DNA of 64,000 bases from an uncultured cyanobacterium (GTDB lineage Bacteria; Cyanobacteriota; Cyanobacteriia; Cyanobacteriales; Cyanobacteriaceae), in contig CAVVOP010000008.1 of assembly GCA_963749915.1 (NCBI GenBank), forward strand, positions 875,651 through 939,650, given 5' to 3'. Below, piece after piece: positions 1 through 9,196 of the stretch. How positions within the stretch are numbered: the stretch's first letter is position 1; each line of letters starts with the position of its first letter. The notes under the pieces are model-generated. The model saw only the letters and a program-made list of their open reading frames with translations, was not told where the DNA came from and searched no databases. The position numbers and the translations under genes were made by a program.

Positions 1-416
1 TGTTGCAATTAGATAGATGACATAAGAAGAATAACCTATGAGTCGGCGAAAATAGAAGGTTCTTGCAACGAGGGGCAAGTGACAAACAGTTCTTCTCAAT
101 TAAATTTTTAATGTCTCTGTCTTTTACCCATATCATTTTCGATCGCGCAGCGGCAGGCAAAGCCTGGTCGCCTCTCAATTTCCCACTAACGTTGCCCATC
201 ACCCACCGCAGATAACCTTTGCATCAATACCGAATCACTTTCGTCGGTCGGTGTGCATGGGCGTTGTTAGCTGCAATCGCTTGCTTCAAGGAATTTATAA
301 GAATAGTGAGTTCCCCAAAATTTATCGGTGGGGTAGTAGGAGTTGAAGTGGGGAACGCACCCTACAAGATCGGCGATCTAACCTCGACGGGTTGCCCATT
401 CGGCTCTCTTGATCGC

Positions 417-1097
417 TCAGGTCAGACCTTTGGTGTCATCTTCGAGTTCCTCGACCATCCACTCACCACCGACCTTATCCCACTTCTTGACCTTAGCCAG
501 TAAGTAAGCAAAGCAGGTGTTCTCGGGAATCTGAACTTTGCTAGAAGTAGTTGATGAGGAACTGGCTCCAACGTTCAAAGTGAAGCCCGATGTTCCCAGG
601 GGGGCGCTCACCGAAACGCTGCCGCCAGTAGTCACCCGTGACGCGAGCTCCGCCTCCATCACGATCCACACGTCGCTCACGATCCGCGCGTCTTTCCCTT
701 CTTCCTTAAGATTATTGCGTGCGACGTCCGCATGCTTGTTAAGCAGTCTTTTCAACGCGTTGCTGGGTACGCTGAGCTTGATCAGAACCAGGTTGGCTGA
801 TTTGGCTGCGCCGCGGCTGAAGGCAACCTGACCACCGGCAGCGGTCAGGTACTTGATCCCAACGTTCACTTCCTTGTCGGAGAAGTTGTCCCATTCAATG
901 AGGTAGGGGCCGGATGTCGTGACGTCAACCTTTGCAAGGTTAGCCGGACTGACGGTTCCTGCAAGGTATAAGTAAGGCGCTTTGCCCAAAGGCGTCTTCT
1001 TCTCTCCAAAAGACACAAGGTTGACATCTTCGCAACCACCTCGGAAATAGCTCTTGCCGGAGTAGACAAATTTGGAGTCAGAGATTTTAACTGTCAT
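417..1097 (-). CDS. Gasdermin-like pore-forming domain protein (putative)
   Basis: 226 aa, GC-rich relative to flanks. It has two S/T/G-rich amphipathic beta segments. ARIVSDVWIV...KVQIPENTCFAYLLAKV parallels gasdermin VYVVTEVL...VTIPSGSTLAFRVAQL (by eye). Confidence 0.5.
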   Translation of the reverse strand: MTVKISDSKFVYSGKSYFRGGCEDVNLVSFGEKKTPLGKAPYLYLAGTVSPANLAKVDVTTSGPYLIEWDNFSDKEVNVGIKYLTAAGGQVAFSRGAAKSANLVLIKLSVPSNALKRLLNKHADVARNNLKEEGKDARIVSDVWIVMEAELASRVTTGGSVSVSAPLGTSGFTLNVGASSSSTTSSKVQIPENTCFAYLLAKVKKWDKVGGEWMVEELEDDTKGLT

Positions 1098-1418
1098 GAT
1101 ACTTAACGTGTCTCCATAGAATTCAGATTTTTCAATTGTGCCGGACGTACTTCATCGTTAATCAGCACTCTCAGGATATTAACCCCATACAGGATGATAT
1201 CCCGAAATTTTCTGTATATTCTGTGATAATAGCAAGAAACTTTCTGGGTAACATGCTAAATAGTTATACTATCAAGAAATATTCTGGATATCATATTAGG
1301 TAGGTCAAAACCTCCTAAAAAATTTCTTATAAATTTGTTTTATTCAATATAACTGAAAAACCATTACCGAGATATTTTTCTTAACATATATTTATATCTA
1401 GCTTGAAATACAGTTAAA

Positions 1419-1656
1419 AACATAGTCTTTTTGCCTTCGGTTTATCTCAAAGGCTACTGTTTCCGACCCTAGGTCACTGCGTGGCTGGAACTGGTGAGAC
1501 AATGACACGACCGCTTTTCTATTATACCCGTTCTGTGGTGCGACTAGGCAACACCTTAATTGAAGTCGCTCCGCCGCCATAGTTTAGTTCTACTTGCCTA
1601 TAGTCTTCGTAACGGCTACGCTCCATTTATTTATTTTTGCCTTGCGCACAGATCAA
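1419..1656. repeat. ~237-bp dispersed structured element, copy 1 (inverted relative to 12145-12381); candidate ncRNA
   Basis: Reverse complement matches 12145-12381 with roughly ten differences. It has internal stems such as GCGACT...AGTCGC and GCCTT...AAGGC. Confidence 0.9.
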
Positions 1657-1671
1657 AGTTCACTGTGAAAA

Positions 1672-2004
1672 ATGAGAACGGGTGAAAAGAAGCTGTTCTT
1701 TCGTTGGGGGTTTGTTCCCGTGGTTTCTTTCCGTGTTGTTTCTGGTTCTGCGTTGGCTTGTTCTGCGGTGTCTTGGTGGTTGCGTCCGGGGCGTTCTGGT
1801 GGTGGCTTCCGTCTGGTTGCCCGTTTTCCTTCCTTGGCTTTGGCTTCTTTGTTTGCTCGGCGCTGGGCTGGTGCTTGTGGTTTCTCGGCGGTGGCGGTTC
1901 GTCCTTGTCCTGCTGTTCCGGGGTGCTGGGTTGTGTCTGTTCCCGTTGTTGTTCCTGCGTCCTCGCCCGTTCGTGGGTGGGGTGCTTGGTCGGCTCTTCC
2001 CTAG
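1672..2004 (+). CDS. Adenine-free-codon small protein (110 aa; S/V/G/A/R/W/P/F/C/L-rich)
   Basis: 1692-2050 has only one A (2003), which is in this frame's TAG stop. A hairpin plus T-tract follows. Confidence 0.6.
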   Translation: MRTGEKKLFFRWGFVPVVSFRVVSGSALACSAVSWWLRPGRSGGGFRLVARFPSLALASLFARRWAGACGFSAVAVRPCPAVPGCWVVSVPVVVPASSPVRGWGAWSALP

Positions 2005-2011
2005 TGGCTCT

Positions 2012-2044
2012 GGTGGGGGTTGTTGCCCCTGCCTTCTTTTTTTT
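2012..2044 (+). terminator. Rho-independent terminator-like hairpin after the A-free ORF
   Basis: GGTGGGGG-ttgttg-CCCCTGCC followed by ttctttttttt. Confidence 0.55.
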
Positions 2045-2297
2045 GTCGTTAAACTTTAACTGCCCTTCTGCCTTCTGCCTTCCTGCCTTCTTTAAGATCC
2101 CAAGTATATGTGATACATACAATAAATTTAGGGTATGCTAATGCAACCTTTTCGTACCCTTTGACAGCAAGACTCTTTTTCCCTACAGTTATTTATATAA
2201 AAAGTCGATGATTTTTTATTATCAGCAAAACCCCTGAAGTGTAAAATAACTACCAAGGGCTTGGTAGCTATCGATTTTAATCTGATTAATTAATATT

Positions 2298-2819
2298 ATG
2301 ACACAGTTAGCTACTGCCAATGGTGGCTTGATTCAGCCTTTGAATCAGTCACTCGATTGTATTATTGAGGCTTTAATTGCTTCTAAGCATAAGGCTTCTA
2401 CCCGTCTAACTTATCGTCAAAATCTCAAGTATTTTGCTCATTATCTGATTCATGGGTTCTTAAATAAATGTCAGAAGATAGTTTTACCTGACATCCAAAT
2501 CAAAGCGGTTATCGGTGAGTTTTTAGGTTTTGAAAAGGTGAGGGCCATCGCTTACACTGCTCAATATCAATTAGATTTAATTGAGGCTGATTATACTCCC
2601 AATAGTATCGGTAAACAGGTCATTCATTTAGCACCGAAGACGGTATCAGCTTTAAATAATTGGCTATCTTGTTACTCTAATCCTCAACCTGAATCACCCC
2701 TGTTTATTAGTCTAGCCAACAATACTAGAGGCAATAGATTAACAGGAAAAAGTATTTACTGCATTGTCAGAAAATATAATGTACCTAAACCTAATACTGT
2801 TACTGTAGGGAAAACATAA
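2298..2819 (+). pseudogene. Tyrosine recombinase remnant (internally deleted and truncated)
   Basis: SAM-like N-terminus (STRLTYRQNLKYF) joined to ESPLFISL...RLTGKSIYCIVRKY. The catalytic R and H-x-x-R...Y motifs are missing. Confidence 0.6.
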
Positions 2820-3278
2820 TCTATTCTTATGTGGCACTCAGTTAATTTAATCATTATACTGCTACGCGATCGATCTAGGAATTATAAATTATGAATGTAG
2901 AAGAAAGTGATGAAACTTAAAAAGTTAAGTTGATGATTATTAAGAGTTTAGTTTGTTTTCCTAATTTGATACTCTACATTTAAAAATCTTTTACCCTTGC
3001 CCGACTCTCTTCCTTTACTTTTAATGGGAGGAACTCGTGATGGAGTTATCGCTAATAATACTCAACTTTATGGAATGACGGAAAAAGACCCAATCTACTC
3101 AAATGAACATAATTTGCTCATTGGTTACGACATTCCCATATCACTGAGGCGATTAAGGGTGGTTGTGATTTATCACTTTTTCACCAGTCATTAGGACATT
3201 CAAGTATTACTACTACCCAAATGGCTCTTCAAAATAGTACAGAAGAATTGATTGCCCCATGTCGCACCAACCTTCTAT

Positions 3279-3725
3279 TTAGGCCGTATAAGTAGAGAAA
3301 TATGCCTTGGGTTGATATCCCAGTCGTTTATACACAGGAACTCCAGCAGGTGTAGCATGAAGAATAGTGCGACTCTTCCCAAATTTCTTCTCTGCCTGTG
3401 CTAGGCAATGTCTAATTACGGTTTGAGCATAGCCATGATTACGATATTCGGGTAATGTTGCCACAAACGCTACATAAAATTTCCCCTCGAGCCACAAAAC
3501 CATAGCAGTGGATACAGGCTTATTCTCTAAGTATCCCACCGTGCCCAATACAGTTTTTCCCCAAAATTCTTCTCTTTCTAAAGGTTCACAAAACTGTTCG
3601 GGTCGCATCTGATAACTAACTGCATTAATATAACCCACTGCTTTTCTTGTTTCTTGATTATCAACACAGACACACTCAAGAGTTGGAATTGGTTTGACTG
3701 ATGGTATAAGTTGATCCGTCGCCAT
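3279..3725 (-). CDS. GNAT family N-acetyltransferase (possibly N-terminally truncated)
   Basis: VATLPEYRNHGYA acetyl-CoA motif and LHATPAGVPVYKRLGY. Confidence 0.85.
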   Translation of the reverse strand: MATDQLIPSVKPIPTLECVCVDNQETRKAVGYINAVSYQMRPEQFCEPLEREEFWGKTVLGTVGYLENKPVSTAMVLWLEGKFYVAFVATLPEYRNHGYAQTVIRHCLAQAEKKFGKSRTILHATPAGVPVYKRLGYQPKAYFSTYTA

Positions 3726-3823
3726 TAGTTCATACTGAAAATATTTATGAAAAATAAGTTTTTATGTGCTATCTTAGTTTCGTTTGATTTCCGTAAATCT
3801 GTATTTAAAGATTTCTGTAAATA

Positions 3824-4609
3824 ATGATAATCAGTATTCAAAGTCAAAAAGGAGGGGTAGGAAAGACTACTCTCTCCATTAACCTTAGTTATGCTTTAAC
3901 CAAAAAAAGGTCGCCCAATAAAGTATTACTCGTTGATTCAGATCCTCAAGGTTCAGCTAGAGATTGGGCTAATGCTAGAGAAGATGAATTACCTTTTATG
4001 GTGGTGGGATTACATCGTCCTACTATTCATCGAGATTTACCAAAAATGGCTCAAGATTATGATTATGTGGTTATTGACGGTTCACCTAGAGTATCAGATT
4101 TAGCTAGATCTGGAATCCTTGCCGCTGACTTAGTTGTTATTCCTGTGCAACCATCTCCTTATGATATTTGGGCAGTAGCAGAAACAGTTAAAATAATCGA
4201 CGAAGCTTCTGTATTTAAAGAAACACTGAAATCTGTATTTGTAATTAATCGTAAAATCGTAAATACGGCGATCGGTAGAGATATAGCGGAAGCTCTTGAA
4301 CAATACTCCATTCCTGTAGCGAAAACTCAAATTTGTCAACGAGTTATTTTTGCTGAATCGGCCGTTACTGGTCAATCTGTATTGGAAACCAGTCGTACTA
4401 ATAAAGTTGAGCAAATGGAAGAGTGGGTATCTAATCGTAATCTAGAAGAAGTAAAACAAGAGTCGCCAAAACCAAAAGTAAAGATGAAAAGATTAACTCT
4501 TGATATTAGTGAAGAGCTTCATAAAGCAATCAAACTTAAATCAGTTCAAGAAGGGATACCTATGGCTGACTTACTAAGAGAATTATTACAAGAGTATTTC
4601 TATAAATAA
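3824..4609 (+). CDS. parA: ParA/ParF partition ATPase fused in frame to a ParG-like ribbon-helix-helix domain
   Basis: Deviant Walker A KGGVGKTT, DSDPQGS and VVIDG motifs. The C-terminal KRLTLDISEELHKAIKLKS is RHH-like. Confidence 0.85.
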   Translation: MIISIQSQKGGVGKTTLSINLSYALTKKRSPNKVLLVDSDPQGSARDWANAREDELPFMVVGLHRPTIHRDLPKMAQDYDYVVIDGSPRVSDLARSGILAADLVVIPVQPSPYDIWAVAETVKIIDEASVFKETLKSVFVINRKIVNTAIGRDIAEALEQYSIPVAKTQICQRVIFAESAVTGQSVLETSRTNKVEQMEEWVSNRNLEEVKQESPKPKVKMKRLTLDISEELHKAIKLKSVQEGIPMADLLRELLQEYFYK

Positions 4610-4730
4610 ATAAAGAAATACAGATAATTGTATTTAAAGAAATAAAGATTTACAGAAAGATGAAATGCTCTAATTTTTTGATTCAATCTATAAATATAAT
4701 AAAAGTAGGAATAAAAATAAAAGTAAAGTT

Positions 4731-4934
4731 ATGACATTAAGCGATATCAAAGAAACTAAAAAAGACGCTGAATATTACCGAAAAAAAATAGGAGTAAAAA
4801 AGAAAAATCCTGAAGAACTCCGAAAATTATTTGATGAGATCAATAAAAATCTAGAAGAAATGGCAAAATCTAGTGGTATGAGCGTAGAAGAATTAATTGA
4901 AGTCTTAGATCCTAGTAATCCTTCTCCTTTTTAA
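4731..4934 (+). CDS. Putative antitoxin upstream of a PIN toxin
   Basis: 67-aa charged ORF ending 2 nt before a PIN gene. Confidence 0.55.
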   Translation: MTLSDIKETKKDAEYYRKKIGVKKKNPEELRKLFDEINKNLEEMAKSSGMSVEELIEVLDPSNPSPF

Positions 4935-4936
4935 TT

Positions 4937-5380
4937 ATGCTTTTGGTTGTCGATGCCAACATTTTAATTGGTGAATTATTAAGGAAAAGAGGACAAGAAT
5001 TAATCCAAGATTCTCGACTAATTCTGTATATTTCTGAAAGAGTTTTTAGTGAAGCAAACCACGAGTTAAATAAAAGAATCAAGTTAATGATCCAACAGGG
5101 GAGAGTATCTTCATCTGAAGGAGATTTACGGTTAATTAATGCTCAATCTATCATCGATAATGTTGTTAATATAGTACCTTTAATTGATTATCAACACTTA
5201 GAAGAAGAAGCAAAAAATCGTATTCCTCAAGATCCTAATGACTGGGAAACAGTAGCGATTTCATTATTGCTCGATGTTGATATTTGGACAAAAGATAGTG
5301 ACTTTCTCGGTTGTGGTCGTGCCACTTGGACAACGGAAACTTTAATATATTATTTGAATAAACATAAACCAAATTCATAA
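4937..5380 (+). CDS. PIN-domain (VapC-like) nuclease toxin
   Basis: LVVDANILI, DPND and IWTKDSDF acidic PIN motifs. Confidence 0.85.
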   Translation: MLLVVDANILIGELLRKRGQELIQDSRLILYISERVFSEANHELNKRIKLMIQQGRVSSSEGDLRLINAQSIIDNVVNIVPLIDYQHLEEEAKNRIPQDPNDWETVAISLLLDVDIWTKDSDFLGCGRATWTTETLIYYLNKHKPNS

Positions 5381-6133
5381 ATCAAAAACAACCTGGGTTA
5401 GATGTAGCAAATCAGTTTCTAAGAGCAAAATTCCTTAAGGATTTTCCCGATTTGTTAATGCTTCTTTAATAGATTTAGTAAAGTTGTTGCCGCCCGTAAC
5501 GCTTATCTTCCTCATCCCGAACATGAGCGGGTTAAAGCTGTATTACTGGAATGTATCGATGATGCTGTCGCTTTCGACTTTGAGGCTTGAATATAAATAG
5601 TAACTCTAACCGTAACCCACAGACAGGACAAGCTCAAATTCTGGCACTTTACGTCCGGTTAAAGGTCTCGGTCAATATCCGCCATCCTTTGGATGATCGT
5701 CTTTGTAGTTGGAGATGTGATATATGCCCAAAATAAAGCAATGCGATCGTGCAGCGCTACTTCGTGATCGTTGTAAATTCTACTCAAACAATCCTAATTT
5801 AGTATGTGCCGTTAATCCTGGTGGCGTGGACACGGATACTTGTATTGATTTTAGAAAGTTTTTTCGTCTTATTTAGTACTACTTGTTTCTCAGAGATAGG
5901 CTAAATCTTCGGTTTTTTTAAGTTTTCTCCTCAAAGTCTCCTTCGGGAACAATCCCTAGACAGAAGCACTCAGAAGTGATTGGAGCAAAATCCGCCCCTT
6001 CTCCAAACAAACCGAAATCTGAGTTCAGTTTTTCCCTTTGTAACAATTTGCCCAGTTTTATTAAGATTTGTTGCATTAACTTGTCAAACTTGTTAGGCTG
6101 TGCGTGAACAGTGCTAATAAAGGAGTAACTTTC

Positions 6134-6241
6134 ATGACAACTATGACGATCGCTTTAATTTCCGTGTTGGTTCTCGGCTGGCTTCTAGCTGCCACCATTG
6201 GGACTTGGGCCTACTTTGCCAATGAACGACCCGACTCTTGA
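6134..6241 (+). CDS. 35-aa single-TM microprotein (not in the ORF track), Psb35-like motif
   Basis: AAGGAG RBS at ~6120; translation MTTMTIALISVLVLGWLLAATIGTWAYFANERPDS. Confidence 0.6.
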   Translation: MTTMTIALISVLVLGWLLAATIGTWAYFANERPDS

Positions 6242-6631
6242 GGGTATGAGAAAAACCCCGCCGAGAATGATGAAAATTCTCGATGCCAGGGCTTTCCATT
6301 ACCCTAATCAGTAATTTAGTTGTGAGTTTTCTCAACACAAGTAATTAACTTTCAATCCCGTAAACCGACTAGTCCAGAAAGTTTACGGTTAATATCATAC
6401 AATATTCTCGCTCTCTACTTTCCTTTAATTCGCTACAGAATTCAAGAGCAGTAATTGGTGATTAATTTCTGTGTTTTCTAGTAGTTGCTTTTCATCCATA
6501 CTGTCTAAACTACCATATTTCGTTACCCCTCTGAACGGTTACGATATTTCTCTACTGGTGGAATGCAGAATTAAGAATGTAGAATGCATCAGTGGAAAAC
6601 CTTTTATTTTGAATCATGCCCAATTTACATT

Positions 6632-7231
6632 TCAAAAAAAGGAAATTTGACACCATTCGCACTTTTCTCCGTCGTTACCATTATGATCGATAGCCCAGAC
6701 TCTCCATCTTAAGCTATCGCAACCTACATCTTTTGCTCTAAGATGTATTTTTGAACTATAAATAGGATTATTCATCAGACGAAACGCTACCCCACGTTTG
6801 ATGAACCATGGATGATCTTCTGACCCACGCCATGCAGTTGGATCATCTTTGCTACTACGGCAGTCAATCTCGATTCCATAGGATGCCGCTCCTTCTACAG
6901 GATGCCAGTAAATAGGAAAAAAATAATTATCCGGTGGCCATTTCCTGGCTGAGTTGCACTTAGGTTCTTTCATCACAGGTGGAGGTAATTTAGCTGTCAG
7001 ATCAGATGTCGATTCCGATGAGGTCGATGGTGGCAAAGAGGAAGGTTCTGGTATCGTTGAGGAAGGAGGAGTGTCTCTTGTTAGCAATGGACCTATTACA
7101 GCAGAGATTAATGTTGTAATAACTGTGACTACTCCTGTAATAATGGCAATCGCGACAGCCTTGTCTCTTCCTTGAGAAGATTTCTTATTTTCTGGAGATT
7201 CATTTATCTTTGAAGGCTCTTGTTCGTTCAT
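6632..7231 (-). CDS. Membrane-anchored protein with a Pro/Ser linker and a fibronectin-III-like C-terminal domain
   Basis: TM AVAIAIITGVVTVITTLISAVIG; WHPVEGAASYGIEI...WRVWAIDHNGNDGEKCEW resembles an FN3 pattern. Confidence 0.6.
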   Translation of the reverse strand: MNEQEPSKINESPENKKSSQGRDKAVAIAIITGVVTVITTLISAVIGPLLTRDTPPSSTIPEPSSLPPSTSSESTSDLTAKLPPPVMKEPKCNSARKWPPDNYFFPIYWHPVEGAASYGIEIDCRSSKDDPTAWRGSEDHPWFIKRGVAFRLMNNPIYSSKIHLRAKDVGCDSLRWRVWAIDHNGNDGEKCEWCQISFF

Positions 7232-7548
7232 AAAAATTTACTCCATCGCTTGCCCATAAAATCATGATAGATATAGATATTCAAAGTAGAAATAAACTTC
7301 ACAATCTTCCAGATTAAAACAGTATTAGCTGCAACAGTTTCCGTTCAAGATTCGACGATCGTCCTCAAAGATATAGTTATTTATGATAACTCCTCCCATT
7401 CCAAATTCGAAAAGCTGCGACGGCACAAGAGAGGTAGCTTTAGCTAATCTCTTTACAAATACAATTCGCTTTTGTCCTAATGATTGCTTGAGGAGTCTTA
7501 TTGGCAATGTTCCTTCGCTCTCTTTTATTTTGGAAAAATAGATTAGAG

Positions 7549-7881
7549 TCAAATTCTAGAAAAGGGAGAACAAGGTCTTTCAACACAGGGACCTCGACGA
7601 ACCTGAATACCTCCAAACCGAGAGTCGAAGCAATAAGTAACTTCTCTGATGCTTTGTCGAAAGCCAAGAAATCCAAATGGTGGAATGGGCTGAAGCCGGC
7701 AACGGCTACATTCTTCAAACAGGCTAAAACAATTAAAAGGTGCTACTGGAACTCCTTCTAGAATCTCTCTTGGGTCAAAGAAACCTGAATCAAAATTTGG
7801 TTGAGATGGAGCAATCTTGGCAGTAAGTGGTCTCATGTTACTGTTTCGATTGGTGCCAACAGATTGTATTGGAATTTTCAT
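7549..7881 (-). CDS. Cys-rich peptide precursor 3 (shared leader MKIPIQS...R...IAPS; 6 Cys)
   Basis: Leader homologous to 8229-8486 and 8732-9034; purine-rich RBS. Confidence 0.7.
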   Translation of the reverse strand: MKIPIQSVGTNRNSNMRPLTAKIAPSQPNFDSGFFDPREILEGVPVAPFNCFSLFEECSRCRLQPIPPFGFLGFRQSIREVTYCFDSRFGGIQVRRGPCVERPCSPFSRI

Positions 7882-8228
7882 CTTTCTCTTCTAGAAATAG
7901 TTCGGGTATTAATTTTACGTGAGGCTATATTAGGCTTTGATTCGATTAAGATCACGATACTTTGCCTTTTACCAAACGGACGAAAAAGGGTTCTGTCTAA
8001 AACCAAATACTTGCTCAGGTAATCTAATTAGTAATACTCCTTAAATTGATAAATTTTTCGAATAAAATCAATTATCGTTTGTTTTTGTGTATTGTGCTGT
8101 CGCTAAAACACTTAACACCTTACTAATAAGATCACAAAGAGCAATTAATCTTTTTTACCAATTTGTTTCAACGAGCAAGTAACCTCTTCCAAAAACCTGA
8201 AAATAGGTAAATTTTCTATTGTCCCTTT

Positions 8229-8486
8229 TTAACCAAAGCCAATAGTAAAGTTTTGTGCTATGCAAAACCCAAAAGGAATACAACCAAAAGTATTGTTGCA
8301 GATGCTAGTTAATCGGCAAGCAAAACCTTGGGGACAGTTAACGTATCCTAAAATCTCGCGACAAATACGACGATTATCACCAGGGCAACATGCCGCAGGA
8401 TGCACTCCTACTTTATCTAGATTACTAGCGTGAACACTAATGATACTAGCTCTCACAGTAGAGTTAGCCTGTTTGGGAAGTTTCAT
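8229..8486 (-). CDS. Cys-rich peptide precursor 2 (leader MKLPKQA...R...GVHPA; 8 Cys)
   Basis: GAGG RBS, shared leader, core ACCPGDNRRIC...C...C...C...C...C. Confidence 0.75.
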   Translation of the reverse strand: MKLPKQANSTVRASIISVHASNLDKVGVHPAACCPGDNRRICREILGYVNCPQGFACRLTSICNNTFGCIPFGFCIAQNFTIGFG

Positions 8487-8731
8487 TTTTCTATCCTCTT
8501 AAACAAAAATTTGAACGAATAAGTAATATAAGGTAGTTAATATTGCTAAAGACTCGTTATCTAATAAACCACGATCGCACTATTTTTTCAGCACTATTAT
8601 CTGGACAAAAAGCACATCAGGCGATCGCTAATTCTAACTGAACGACTTTCTTTCCCTAACTCAAACACTTACGGTTTAAGAAATTCTGCCGTTTAATCTA
8701 CCATTGTAAGATTGAGAGGTACGTACGCTAC

Positions 8732-9034
8732 CTAAGGGAAAACTGGCACGGGTCTTGGCCTCGCTTGGAATGGGAAAGGTGGGGATGCCGGATCCTCAGG
8801 AGGAAGCCCAGCAATCGTGCACGCAAAAGTGCAGCCGTCATGACAAATATCAGGAGGAACCCATATAGGACAGGCAAGCTTGCAGAGATCTCGGCACAAG
8901 TTGCCGGGACCCTGCGGTTGCGGTTCGCGTAGGATAGTACCGAAGCGACCAACCCAAGCTGCATTAATGCCAGTATAAGAGGGCATTGCTCTTGTGCTGC
9001 GCGTAACATTGACGGATTGAACTGGGAGTCTCAT
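8732..9034 (-). CDS. Cys-rich peptide precursor 1 (leader MRLPVQS...R...GINAA; CxxxCxxxC twice)
   Basis: GGAGG RBS; core LCRDLCKLAC...ICHDGCTFAC. Confidence 0.75.
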   Translation of the reverse strand: MRLPVQSVNVTRSTRAMPSYTGINAAWVGRFGTILREPQPQGPGNLCRDLCKLACPIWVPPDICHDGCTFACTIAGLPPEDPASPPFPFQARPRPVPVFP

Positions 9035-9196
9035 TTTTGCCTCCTTTTACTAGATGATTGAATTAATTGGAAGTTTCATTTTTGTATTCTTCTTAAAAAG
9101 TCTAAATTTATCGAGTTGTAGTTTTACACGAAGACTACGAATTAAGCAAATTCACGATCGCACTAACACACCCTACAAGATTAGCGATCGCACTAG

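Noticed and set aside
1631..2141. Overlapping ORFs 1631-2122(-), 1682-2059(+) and 1704-2141(+)
   Set aside because: They are open only because the tract lacks A on + (and T on -), so stops cannot form. Only frame 1672-2004 explains the lone A.
2997..3194. 65-aa ORF resembling a hydrolase C-terminus (LLLMGGTRDGVI)
   Set aside because: It is a fragment only, with no supportable complete gene.
5400..5860. Short coding-like fragments (…ECIDDAVAFDFEA*; CKFYSNNPNLVCAVNP)
   Set aside because: They are degraded remnants without an intact start and too short to call.
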